The notes: generated from the sequence alone by a model not told the origin. A DNA stretch of 41,003 nt from Verrucomicrobiota bacterium (GCA_038209745.1 JBBQXJ010000040.1:1-41003); one strand, 5' to 3'. Shown: positions 1 through 8,239, counted from the stretch's first letter. A program made the numbers and translations.

Positions 1-274
1 GCGCAACAGCGTCGGCGGATTGGACAAGGCGATCTGTCCGGCCTCCATCTACCAGGACGTGCTCAAGCGGTATGCGCAGGACGCGAAGATCCCGGAAGGG
101 ATGCTCAGGCCGCACGTCCTGCGGGCCACGGCGGCGACCAACGCGCTGGAAAACGGGGCCGACATCACCCAGGTGCAGGAATGGCTCGGCCACGCCTCCA
201 TCACCACGACGCGGCTCTACGACAAACGCCGTTCCAAGCCCGAGGAGTCTCCTTCGTTCAAGGTCAAATACTGA
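1..274 (+). CDS. Tyrosine recombinase/resolvase, C-terminal part (5'-truncated by window edge)
   Basis: HVLR (H-x-x-R), WLGH and catalytic Tyr (TTRLY); frame is open back to the window start. Confidence 0.9.
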   Translation, partial: RNSVGGLDKAICPASIYQDVLKRYAQDAKIPEGMLRPHVLRATAATNALENGADITQVQEWLGHASITTTRLYDKRRSKPEESPSFKVKY

Positions 275-512
275 TGAACGGAGAACTGTTGCCGCATTCA
301 CTCCACGAACAAAACGGCGTCGACCCCGCTCCCCCACGGAGCCGTGAATCGGACAACCGGCCCACTACCCGGTCGACAGCACCCCACTGCCCGGTTGGGC
401 CGAGGGAAGAACAACCCACCATCGGAGGGAGATGGAAATCCCTTCCGACGCCCGCCCTCCATTCTCGCCTCCCCGCCCCGACTCCCCTGCCTGCATCGTC
501 CGTGGTGCAGGG

Positions 513-1547
513 ATGGTAGCTCCTCGATGGCCGGTCAATGTCGGCTCGGTTCCGCATCGCAGCCTGTTCCGCTATCCGGGCGGCAAGACGTGGCTCGTCC
601 CGTTGTTTCGCCGGTGGATGCAGTCGTTGGAACCGCGACCGAGGGTGTTGATCGAGCCGTTCGCCGGTGGCGGCATCATCGGATTGACCGCCGCCTTCGA
701 GGCGCTGGCCGAAGAGGTCCTCTTGGTCGAACTGGATCCACAGGTGGCCGCCGTGTGGCAGACCGTGCTGGAGGGTGACGGCGAATGGCTGGCCAAACGG
801 ATTCTTGGGTTCGACTTCAACCCAAGGTCCATCGCGGAGGTGCTCGCGGACGACAGCGACTCGCGCCGCTGTCGGGCCTTTCAGACCATTCTCCGCAACC
901 GGGTGGCGCACGGCGGAATTCTGGCAAGGGGAGCAGGGCAGATCAAACAGGGCGAAGCAGGCCGTGGAATCAGATCACGCTGGTATCCCGAAACTCTGGC
1001 CCGGCGGATCCGCGATATGGCCTCCGTGCGGTCGCCGGTTCGGTTCGTCGAAGGCGATGGTTTCGAGATCCTGGAAGCCCACCGAGACCAAGAGGACGCG
1101 GTGTTCTTCATCGATCCTCCGTATACCGCCGGAGGCAAACGAGCCGGAGCCCGCCTCTACGACCACCATGTCGTGGACCACGAACGGTTGTTCGCCCTGT
1201 GCGCGGAACTGCGCGGGGACTTCCTGTTGACCTACGACCACTGCGACGCGGTCGGCGAACTCGCGGCTCGCCACGGATTCGAGACGAAAGCGGTCGCCAT
1301 GAAGAACACCCACCATGCCAAGATGACGGAGCTGCTGATTGGTCGGCGTCTGGGCTGGATCGAGGGATGTCCGGTGACCGGAGAAAGCTCCGAGGGGAAC
1401 ACATGCCGGAAAAGGGCAGAACATCGGGCGGCTACCGCACTCGGCTGCGGCGCACCAGGTCGCGTTGCAGGGCCGCCTGCACGAGGTCGGGAGCGATGCG
1501 AAAGGCAATGCCAATGGTCTGGCTGGAGGCCACGGGCTGTGGTATAA
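513..1547 (+). CDS. DNA adenine methyltransferase (Dam/D12-class N6-adenine), orphan
   Basis: FRYPGGKTWL, EPFAGGG SAM-binding motif, DPPY catalytic motif. Start uncertain (432 or 513). The last ~60 aa look non-homologous. Confidence 0.9.
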   Translation: MVAPRWPVNVGSVPHRSLFRYPGGKTWLVPLFRRWMQSLEPRPRVLIEPFAGGGIIGLTAAFEALAEEVLLVELDPQVAAVWQTVLEGDGEWLAKRILGFDFNPRSIAEVLADDSDSRRCRAFQTILRNRVAHGGILARGAGQIKQGEAGRGIRSRWYPETLARRIRDMASVRSPVRFVEGDGFEILEAHRDQEDAVFFIDPPYTAGGKRAGARLYDHHVVDHERLFALCAELRGDFLLTYDHCDAVGELAARHGFETKAVAMKNTHHAKMTELLIGRRLGWIEGCPVTGESSEGNTCRKRAEHRAATALGCGAPGRVAGPPARGRERCERQCQWSGWRPRAVV

Positions 1548-1571
1548 ACCAAAGTCACGTCATTCAGGAGG
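1538..1571 (+). promoter_or_regulatory. Putative extended -10 promoter and RBS for the 1575 gene
   Basis: TGTGGTATAAA followed by AGGAGG just upstream of ATG 1575. Confidence 0.45.
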
Positions 1572-1574
1572 AAC

Positions 1575-2186
1575 ATGGCCGACATTCAATCACCGCAACG
1601 AAAACAGAAAACCGTCCCCAAATTGGGCGGCCATTCTGCGCGATTGCCCGAACGAAAGCCCTTCTCACTGGACGATCTGATGGACCACGCCGAGGTCATC
1701 GCGGAGCAGCACCTGCGCACAACCGGCCAAAGCGTTTCCACCGTGTTCCTCGTCGGGAAAACGGGATCCTTGGTGTTCCAGCAGGACGTATCGGACGCGT
1801 CCCAGACGAAGGATGATCTTTACCTGGCCACCAGGCTCCTCTGCGTCGCCCATTCGGCTTCCGTCACGGTCATGGTGATCGGCGGTTGGGCCAAGGTGCC
1901 CGATGCCACAGGACAGCATCAGCCCAAAACCAAACGGCGCGTCGAGATCCTGATGCTGGTCGGAGAAGCCCGTGGCATCAGCCGTCGGAAATACCTCCCC
2001 GTCCTCCGGACAAGGGCCGGCCGGTTTAGGAGATTCGGGGCCGAGCTGATGCTTCCCGGTGGAGAACTGGAAGGCAGGTTCGCCCTGCTTCTGTCCCCGG
2101 CCCAGCCCACGGGGTCGCAACGGCATTGGGCCTCGGCCTCGCTTCGACGGCTCGGGCTTGAGCCCGGACAAATTGCTGCGTCCTGA
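1575..2186 (+). CDS. Hypothetical protein, paralog of 3278..3883
   Basis: Good RBS (AGGAGG); shares SLDDL, LLCVAH, MLVGE, EGRFA with 3278..3883. Confidence 0.8.
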   Translation: MADIQSPQRKQKTVPKLGGHSARLPERKPFSLDDLMDHAEVIAEQHLRTTGQSVSTVFLVGKTGSLVFQQDVSDASQTKDDLYLATRLLCVAHSASVTVMVIGGWAKVPDATGQHQPKTKRRVEILMLVGEARGISRRKYLPVLRTRAGRFRRFGAELMLPGGELEGRFALLLSPAQPTGSQRHWASASLRRLGLEPGQIAAS

Positions 2187-2217
2187 GATTCCGGTTCGGA
2201 AGAACGCTGTCGCAGGA

Positions 2218-2709
2218 TCAACGCGGACGGCTTCGCCTGCCTTGGTCCTTGGCGAGCATGTTGGCGAAGAGATGTTCGGGAGCGCGGAAGTTCGTTCGGC
2301 GCAGATCGGCCAGCGCTTCGGACAGACGCACGAGGCCTTCTTCGGCGGCGCGTTCCAGGACTCCCAGAGTCCCGCTGATGCCGAGGCCGAGCGAGACCGC
2401 CTTGGTTCGTCCGTCCTTCTCGTCGATGAGGACGGTGTCCGCGCCGATTTCGAGGGCCAGCGAAAGCGCATGGGCTTCGCCGGGGTCGAGAATGTCCAGG
2501 AACTTCACCTCGGCCGGTTGCCGCACGACGATCCAAGGAGGTGGGTTCGCGGCGAGCCGGCGCACGACTTCCGGAGCCCTCGGATGGGACATCTCGCGGA
2601 GGACGGCTTCGGGCACGAAGACTCGGGAGAACAGCGCGGGCAGGATCGAAAGACGACCGATCAAGTGGAGGTAGTTGATCGGACCCGTGTCGGCGACGAC
2701 CAGGGTCAT
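2218..2709 (-). CDS. PIN-domain toxin (DUF3368-like)
   Basis: VVADTGP, LDPGEAHAL, VLIDE, GTLGVL motifs; overlaps the upstream antitoxin stop. Confidence 0.85.
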   Translation of the reverse strand: MTLVVADTGPINYLHLIGRLSILPALFSRVFVPEAVLREMSHPRAPEVVRRLAANPPPWIVVRQPAEVKFLDILDPGEAHALSLALEIGADTVLIDEKDGRTKAVSLGLGISGTLGVLERAAEEGLVRLSEALADLRRTNFRAPEHLFANMLAKDQGRRSRPR

Positions 2710-2963
2710 GGGATGCGCCGACGGAGGGAACGCTCGAATTCAAGGTCTTCGAGGGTCAACGTCTTGAGGACATCGTGCTGGCGCAGGAGATCCTCGGTCG
2801 TCCAACGGTCGAGTTCCAAAGCCAGTCCGACCTGCCTCTGGGTCATCGTGCCCTTGCGATAACGGTCGATGACGTAGGCTTCGAGCAGGTCGCGGGAAAG
2901 CGTCGCCGTCGGGGGCAAGGCCCCCTGCGCCGCTTCCGGGATTTCGACCACGACCTTCATCAT
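2706..2963 (-). CDS. UPF0175-family antitoxin
   Basis: Small protein MMKVVVEIPE...YRKGTMTQRQVGLALELDRW with an HTH-like segment, 4-nt overlap with the PIN gene. Confidence 0.8.
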   Translation of the reverse strand: MMKVVVEIPEAAQGALPPTATLSRDLLEAYVIDRYRKGTMTQRQVGLALELDRWTTEDLLRQHDVLKTLTLEDLEFERSLRRRIP

Positions 2964-2969
2964 GGATTT

Positions 2970-2999
2970 ATCATAGCACGGATCGAAGCCGAAGGGCAA
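2970..2999 (-). promoter_or_regulatory. Putative sigma70 promoter of the TA operon (leaderless)
   Basis: Minus strand TTGCCC-18 nt-TATGAT with TGn extension, 6 nt before ATG 2963, no SD. Confidence 0.5.
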
Positions 3000-3062
3000 C
3001 GGGGTCGATCCCTTCCATTCGCCGGTGTTTTGTGGTTCAATGGAACGCTCAGGAGGCCTCCC

Positions 3063-3281
3063 ATGAACACCCGCATCGCCGCCGTCCATCAGGCTGCTTT
3101 TTCATCCAACCAACTGGTCGAAGTGCTGCGCACCGCCCACTCTGTCGCCGTGCAGGAAGACCCGCTGCTCGAACTCATGCTGCGTGATCTGCTCACCCAA
3201 GCGGTGACGCTCGACCGCCGGCTGGTTGAACTCGAAACGGCGTTGGTTCTGCCCAAACCACGCACGGAGGACGGTTCATGA
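3063..3281 (+). CDS. Small helical hypothetical protein, paralog of 6376..6576
   Basis: AGGAGG RBS; ATGA overlap with 3278 gene; LRTAH..AVQEDPLLEL matches LREAH..AVRENPLLEL. Confidence 0.75.
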   Translation: MNTRIAAVHQAAFSSNQLVEVLRTAHSVAVQEDPLLELMLRDLLTQAVTLDRRLVELETALVLPKPRTEDGS

Positions 3282-3883
3282 GTCCAGCGCCCCAGCCCGA
3301 TCCCCGCCGCAAACCGGACTTGAGTCCGTCAACTCCGCCCCTGCCCAGCAGCCGCCCGCAGTCGCTGGATGACCTGTTGGCCCACGGCGAGTTCTTCGCG
3401 GATTTCCAGCTGCGCCAAGACGGGCGCTTTCCCGTGACCTGTTTTCTGCTGGGGAACAAAGGCACCGTGATCTTCCAGCCCGACACCATGAAGGACGACG
3501 ACGCCAAGGACCGGCTCGCACTGGCCGTCAAACTTCTCTGCGTCGCCCATGCGGCGACGGCGGTCGTCATGGTGATGGAAGCGTGGGCCAGCTCCGCCGT
3601 TCCCGGCGAGAAACTGGATTTGAAGGAGGCTCCGTCCGAGTCGTTCAACCGGCGGGAGATCGTCATGCTGGTCGGCGAATCGCGGGAACGGACGATCCAG
3701 AAGTGCCTGCCCATCGTGCGCGACGGACGAGGCGGCTACTTCGGCTTGGGCGACGATCTCGTTCCGCCCAACGCGTCCATGGAAGGGCGCTTCGCTCCGC
3801 AGTTTCTCCCTCCCCTGCCGCCCTCTCCGAAACAACAAAAGTGGGCCATGAAGAAACTCCGGGAAGAGGGCTTGATCCGGTAG
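3278..3883 (+). CDS. Hypothetical protein, paralog of 1575..2186
   Basis: High-GC3 coding pattern; full-length similarity to 1575..2186. Confidence 0.85.
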   Translation: MSPAPQPDPRRKPDLSPSTPPLPSSRPQSLDDLLAHGEFFADFQLRQDGRFPVTCFLLGNKGTVIFQPDTMKDDDAKDRLALAVKLLCVAHAATAVVMVMEAWASSAVPGEKLDLKEAPSESFNRREIVMLVGESRERTIQKCLPIVRDGRGGYFGLGDDLVPPNASMEGRFAPQFLPPLPPSPKQQKWAMKKLREEGLIR

Positions 3884-3954
3884 TGGAATTCCCTTCGGGC
3901 CGGACAGCGGTTCCGATTCCGGTGGCTTGAATCGAGTGATCGATCCGACTCCGG

Positions 3955-4533
3955 TCAGGCCACCTGCCACTCGTTCAAACGAGCCCGAGCCATCAACGCG
4001 GCGGGGTCGGTGGTGCCGGGGTCGATCCAGGCCGACCAGAGATCGCGCGGGAGAACCAGCGGCATCCTTGTAGCGAACGCGGCGACGAGCGAGTCGGGTT
4101 CCCGCGTGAGCGAGGCGAAGCGGTGGTCCGCCGCCGAGGAAACATCTTCGGCCCACAGGCCGGCGATCCCCAACAGCTCCCCGTCCTTGGGCTTGAACCG
4201 ATGGAGCGTCTTGCGGCCGTGGTCCGACTTCACCTCGACCCAGGCCGAAGCCAGCACGATGCAGCGCCGGGCCAAAAAAGCCGGCTGGAAGTTCGGAGTG
4301 TCCGCGACCGTCTCGCTCTTGGCCCCGATCACCGGCTGCGAGTTCCAGGAGTTCTTCCAGCCCCAGCGGAGCACGGCCATCGTGGGGCGTCCCCACCAGA
4401 GAAAGACCGGGCCTCGGCCCATGGGACGGATCTCGCCGGTCTCGACATGGCCAACGCTCTTCCCGCCGCACTCGGGCAGGAGCGGACGGCGGTCCAGTTC
4501 ATAGCGCGGACCCTGCGGGGCGGAACTCTTCAT
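3955..4533 (-). CDS. SOS response-associated peptidase (SRAP/YedK-like), degenerate active site
   Basis: LRWG, AKSET, RRCIV, IAGLW, RMPLVL motifs; no N-terminal MCGR. Confidence 0.75.
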   Translation of the reverse strand: MKSSAPQGPRYELDRRPLLPECGGKSVGHVETGEIRPMGRGPVFLWWGRPTMAVLRWGWKNSWNSQPVIGAKSETVADTPNFQPAFLARRCIVLASAWVEVKSDHGRKTLHRFKPKDGELLGIAGLWAEDVSSAADHRFASLTREPDSLVAAFATRMPLVLPRDLWSAWIDPGTTDPAALMARARLNEWQVA

Positions 4534-4721
4534 GTTTGAGGTTACTTCATCGTGCCCACGACGTCGTTCGGGCGTGCGGCAAATCCGTTCCGGTTCACCC
4601 GAGAGGCGGGATCCGGTTGCGGATGCGTGAGAATCGACAGGTTCTCCCCGCAGGCAAGCGGGAATGCGCCGGTCGGTCAGCGACGCTCATGTCGTGGTTC
4701 CATGCGGTCGCCTTCAGGGCT

Positions 4722-5030
4722 TCAGGCATTGGCCGAAGTTGTCGGCATCCGACCTCTTCGCAAGTCGCTTGAGTCCGCTTTCTTTTCGGGCCGTTGCAGC
4801 AGGATCCACGAATGGGCCTGGTCGGCGAGCTTGGCCACCGCGAGCAGGTCGTCGCGTCCGAACGATGAGGTCGTCTTCCATTCCTCGCCGTCCTTGTAGC
4901 TTCGCTCGAAGGTCACGTTGTGGCGGACACCGTCCTCCACGGTGTTGGCCCAGACGGCGGCTTTGATCAGTCCGATCCGCACTTCGTGCACGGGTCGGTT
5001 CACTTTGGGTTCGTTGTTGGTTTTGGGCAT
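4722..5030 (-). CDS. Small PC4/whirly-like putative ssDNA-binding protein
   Basis: PVHEVRIGLIKAAVWAN...NVTFERSYKDGEEWKTTSSFGRDDL, an aromatic beta-rich pattern; GGAGG RBS before ATG 5030. Confidence 0.7.
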   Translation of the reverse strand: MPKTNNEPKVNRPVHEVRIGLIKAAVWANTVEDGVRHNVTFERSYKDGEEWKTTSSFGRDDLLAVAKLADQAHSWILLQRPEKKADSSDLRRGRMPTTSANA

Positions 5031-5147
5031 GTTCAGTCCTCCTGGAAAGCCATTGTGGATCGGATCGCATCGTCCGCGAAAGGGGTCTTCTGCAGCCCTT
5101 CCTTTTGCACCCCGAACCGTGCTATGACCAAGGCTGGAGGACTTGTC

Positions 5148-5426
5148 ATGGAACCGCAAACGACACCACGGGAGCAATCCCATCCGGTTCTGGGCCGGAT
5201 CAGGATCACGCCACTTGCGGGAGCCGTCTTGACCGACGCCGACGTGCGAACCGCGTTGGACCGCCATCTTGAAACGCACCAGGGCAAGTTCGAGCCGAGC
5301 GGTCCTACCAATGGAGACGGCGTCTGCCTGCTCTCCTCGCATCGCTCCGCTGCGGGAGAGAAGTTCTGGGTCCTCACCGAAACCCACCACCACGCCACCA
5401 GCGTGCTATTACCCAGCGAATACTAG
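5148..5426 (+). CDS. Plasmid-associated hypothetical protein (C-terminal T-x-LLP-x-EY family)
   Basis: GGAGG RBS; LLSSH...FWVLTE...TSVLLPSEY ending typical of small plasmid/ICE proteins. Confidence 0.7.
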   Translation: MEPQTTPREQSHPVLGRIRITPLAGAVLTDADVRTALDRHLETHQGKFEPSGPTNGDGVCLLSSHRSAAGEKFWVLTETHHHATSVLLPSEY

Positions 5427-5434
5427 GGTGCGCC

Positions 5435-5839
5435 GTGGAACCGACCTCTGGTCCGATACGTCCGATGCATTCGCTCCAACGACTCGGCACCCTCCTGCGG
5501 GAGAACCCCGACACCGGCACAGGCGTCCAGATCCGCGCCTTGCTCTGGTCGCTGCTCAACCAGCACCACCTCGTCAATCTCTGGACGCTGTGCAGCCGGT
5601 TGAACGACGAACCCGCACGTCTGGCCGCCGAGGTGTTGACGGCTGCGCTCATGGGACGACTGACCGACTCGCAGGTGAAACAGACGCTGATCCAATGCGG
5701 CGAGATGGAGCGGTGGGACCGCGCCAACGCCGGTGACGCGATGGCAGAGATGAAATCCGCCTTGGCCCGAACGATCCGCACGACGCCTCCCGGCGACGAC
5801 CACATCCGACTGGGACGGGCGCTGCGCGAACTAGAATGA
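5435..5839 (+). CDS. Hypothetical mobile-element protein
   Basis: Co-oriented 8 nt after the previous gene; DTG..IRALLWSLLN pattern; protein-like composition. Confidence 0.65.
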   Translation: MEPTSGPIRPMHSLQRLGTLLRENPDTGTGVQIRALLWSLLNQHHLVNLWTLCSRLNDEPARLAAEVLTAALMGRLTDSQVKQTLIQCGEMERWDRANAGDAMAEMKSALARTIRTTPPGDDHIRLGRALRELE

Positions 5840-5852
5840 ACCGATCCAAACA

Positions 5853-5948
5853 TGGCCGCAAAAAGGCGCAGAAGGCGCAAAGAAACGGCCAAGGCATGGG
5901 CTCAATCCAAGTTCCTAATTTTGCGTCTTCTGCGCCTTTTTGCGGCCA
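5853..5948. repeat. Long inverted repeat (29 bp arms, 1 mismatch, 38 nt loop), REP-like
   Basis: TGGCCGCAAAAAGGCGCAGAAGGCGCAAA (5853-5881) vs TTTGCGTCTTCTGCGCCTTTTTGCGGCCA (5920-5948). Confidence 0.9.
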
Positions 5949-6122
5949 AACAAAACCTCTCCGACCAACGGTCGGTCCCGCTGCGCGGCAACCGTCCGCT
6001 CGTCGTCGGGCGGGAGAACCGGTTCCCGTGAGCCCGTTGGCCGGACGACGCTTGGGCTGCCGGCTGCGCCTCCGCCCCCGCTTCCGTCTCGGCCAAAGGC
6101 TCACCGGAGCATGTCATGAAGG

Positions 6123-6156
6123 TGGCCGTCCGCGAGGACTGGCCGTCCGCGAGGAC
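6123..6156. repeat. Perfect 17-bp tandem duplication
   Basis: TGGCCGTCCGCGAGGAC x2. Confidence 0.9.
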
Positions 6157-6375
6157 CAGGACCGCGAAATCGGGGCCGCCATTATACGGCGGAACTCCGT
6201 TCCTCAAGGTCGTTGCCGGCTTCGTCGTGGCCGTGCGCCAGCACTCCACCTTGACCAACGGACTTCAGCCGAGGGGCGGCTTGTAGGATTTGCGCGCACC
6301 TCATTGGGCGGTTCCGAAGAACCCGAGCATTGACCCGTTGCCGCACACGACAAAACCAACCATAGGATCGAACCC

Positions 6376-6576
6376 ATGAAGACCCATATCGAAGAAGTCC
6401 TGAAAGCCTCTCTGACCGCCAACCTGCTCGTCTCCGACCTGCGCGAAGCCCACAAGGCCGCCGTCCGCGAAAACCCGCTGCTGGAGTTGATCGTCCTCGA
6501 CCTGCTGGAACAGGCGCGGGAGATGGAGCGCAAGCTCAAGGGCGTCGACGCGGCGCTCAACGCCGAGATCGACTAG
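6376..6576 (+). CDS. Small helical hypothetical protein, paralog of 3063..3281
   Basis: Strong coding bias; similarity to 3063..3281; convergent stop overlap (CTAG) with 6573..7034. Confidence 0.8.
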   Translation: MKTHIEEVLKASLTANLLVSDLREAHKAAVRENPLLELIVLDLLEQAREMERKLKGVDAALNAEID

Positions 6577-7034
6577 CCCTTCCGCAAGCCATCGGCCAGG
6601 AGATCGGCCAGCCTTCGCTCGAAGCGTTGGAGCGCGGCCATGTCGCCGTTGGGCGGACGGACCATCGCTCCGTGGTCCACGGCGCGGCGATGGACTTCCC
6701 GTTCCGCGTCGAGCAGGAGCAGGGTCAAGGCCCGCATGACATGGCTGGCTTTGACCTGAGCGTGCAGGCGGATGGCCAGGCCTTGGACGACTCGATCCAG
6801 CGCATGGACTTCGTCCCGGCTGTAGAGGATGCGTTTCTCCTGATCGAGGCGTTTGGGCAACGCGACGGAGGGTTCCGGCCTTGGCGTTGATTCGATTGGC
6901 TTCGGCTCTGGACGGGCTATCTCCACTACCCGCATGGGCGGCTCCACCTTCGGCACATGGTGCATCACCGAACTCAGCACCGCCGCGTTCAACGGGCGGA
7001 ACGGCATTTCATCGAGGGGTGCGCGCCTAGCCAT
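6573..7034 (-). CDS. Hypothetical protein, probable ParA partner (centromere-binding/adaptor)
   Basis: Overlaps the parA stop; low-complexity Pro-rich N-terminus then a helical domain; no ParB/Srx motif seen. Confidence 0.7.
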   Translation of the reverse strand: MARRAPLDEMPFRPLNAAVLSSVMHHVPKVEPPMRVVEIARPEPKPIESTPRPEPSVALPKRLDQEKRILYSRDEVHALDRVVQGLAIRLHAQVKASHVMRALTLLLLDAEREVHRRAVDHGAMVRPPNGDMAALQRFERRLADLLADGLRKG

Positions 7035-7878
7035 TGCCCACCTCCGCCAACGGCTGTTCCACCACGGCCAGGCGTTCTTCGATCTCCCGCGCCAACGCCC
7101 GATATTCGTCGGTCACCTTGTGCGTGGGATGCGTCTCGAAGAGCGTCCGCCCCGCCTTCTGGGTCTGCGGAATGACCGTGGACCGCCCGATGGTCGTGCG
7201 GAACTTCATCGACTCCCCGCCTTCGCTCGTCTGGAACGAGCGTTCCACGAAGTCGGTCAGCGAGTTGGCCAACGTCGTTCGTTTGTCCACGCCCGAGAGG
7301 ACCACCCCCAGCAGGCGCAGGTCGGTGTTGCCTCTCTTTTGCGCGTCGCTGATGTCGGCCAACGCGTCGTTCAAGCCGGCGATGGCGAAGGGATCGGGCA
7401 TGGCCGACAACAGAAAGTAGTCCGCCGCCATGTAGCTCGCGATGGTCGGCGTGGTGGCGTTCGGCGCGGTGTCGAGGAAGATGAAGTCATACTTCCCCCG
7501 CAGCTGCGCCAACGGCGCCCGCAACACTTCCCGCGCGGTGATGAACTTGCTCTTCTGGGCCAGCGCGGGATCGATGCCCTCCAGTTTCCGCGCCGCCGGG
7601 ATGAGATGCAGGTGCTCGGGCAGATCGACGTCCTCGTCGCCGTGGTTCAGCACCAGGTTCTCCGGCGCTTCTTCTCCGAGCAGCATTTCGTAGGATCCGA
7701 GAAAGGCCTCGGGCACGACCCCGAAGTGCCGAGTGGCTCCGTGGTTCATGTCGAGGTCGATGATGAGGACGGTGTGTCCCCTCTCGACCAAGCCTCGTGC
7801 GATGTGGACCGTGTTGGTCGTTTTGCCGACGCCTCCCTTCTGGTTGCCGACGGCGATGACCCGTGTGTGTTTTTCCAT
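7027..7878 (-). CDS. parA: ParA/Soj-family partition ATPase
   Basis: Deviant Walker A NQKGGVGKTT, IIDLD, Walker B FIFLDTAP; GAGGA RBS. Confidence 0.95.
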   Translation of the reverse strand: MEKHTRVIAVGNQKGGVGKTTNTVHIARGLVERGHTVLIIDLDMNHGATRHFGVVPEAFLGSYEMLLGEEAPENLVLNHGDEDVDLPEHLHLIPAARKLEGIDPALAQKSKFITAREVLRAPLAQLRGKYDFIFLDTAPNATTPTIASYMAADYFLLSAMPDPFAIAGLNDALADISDAQKRGNTDLRLLGVVLSGVDKRTTLANSLTDFVERSFQTSEGGESMKFRTTIGRSTVIPQTQKAGRTLFETHPTHKVTDEYRALAREIEERLAVVEQPLAEVGNG

Positions 7879-8239
7879 GTGTGATTCCTCCTACCTTTCG
7901 TTATCGCGTCCTGCCGAGAACGACAAGGGGGCAACTGGAGCACGGATTGAAATAGTTGTGGGAGGCCGTTGCAGAGCCGTTTGAGCGGTCAGTTTCTCGA
8001 ACGGTGTTTGTGCAGTCACAGCCATAGCGCCGTGGTCGGCTTCTGCCGTTCTGCCGTCAACGGCCACGGGAACGGTGTCCCCATCAGAGTTCCCATTCCG
8101 CGTCGTCCGCGTGTTCTGCGGGCCTTGTCGTCAGGCCAAGTCTTCGAGCAGCGCCGTTCACGTCTTCTGCCGTTCACGGCGTTTTGTTGAGGCAGTTGAC
8201 CCCTTGCGCGATCCGGGTGGATCCATGCTTTAATGCAGC

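Noticed and set aside
432..2186. Type II restriction-modification pair (MTase plus 1575 gene as REase)
   Set aside because: The 1575 protein shows no recognisable PD-(D/E)xK, HNH or GIY-YIG motif, has its own promoter/RBS and has a paralog unlinked to an MTase
4534..4721. LexA box upstream of the SRAP gene
   Set aside because: No TGTTC-N4-GAACA or CTGT-N8-ACAG type site found by eye
5902..6258. 118 aa minus-strand ORF (and 5836..6333 plus)
   Set aside because: Run through the inverted repeat and tandem duplication; no RBS or motif support
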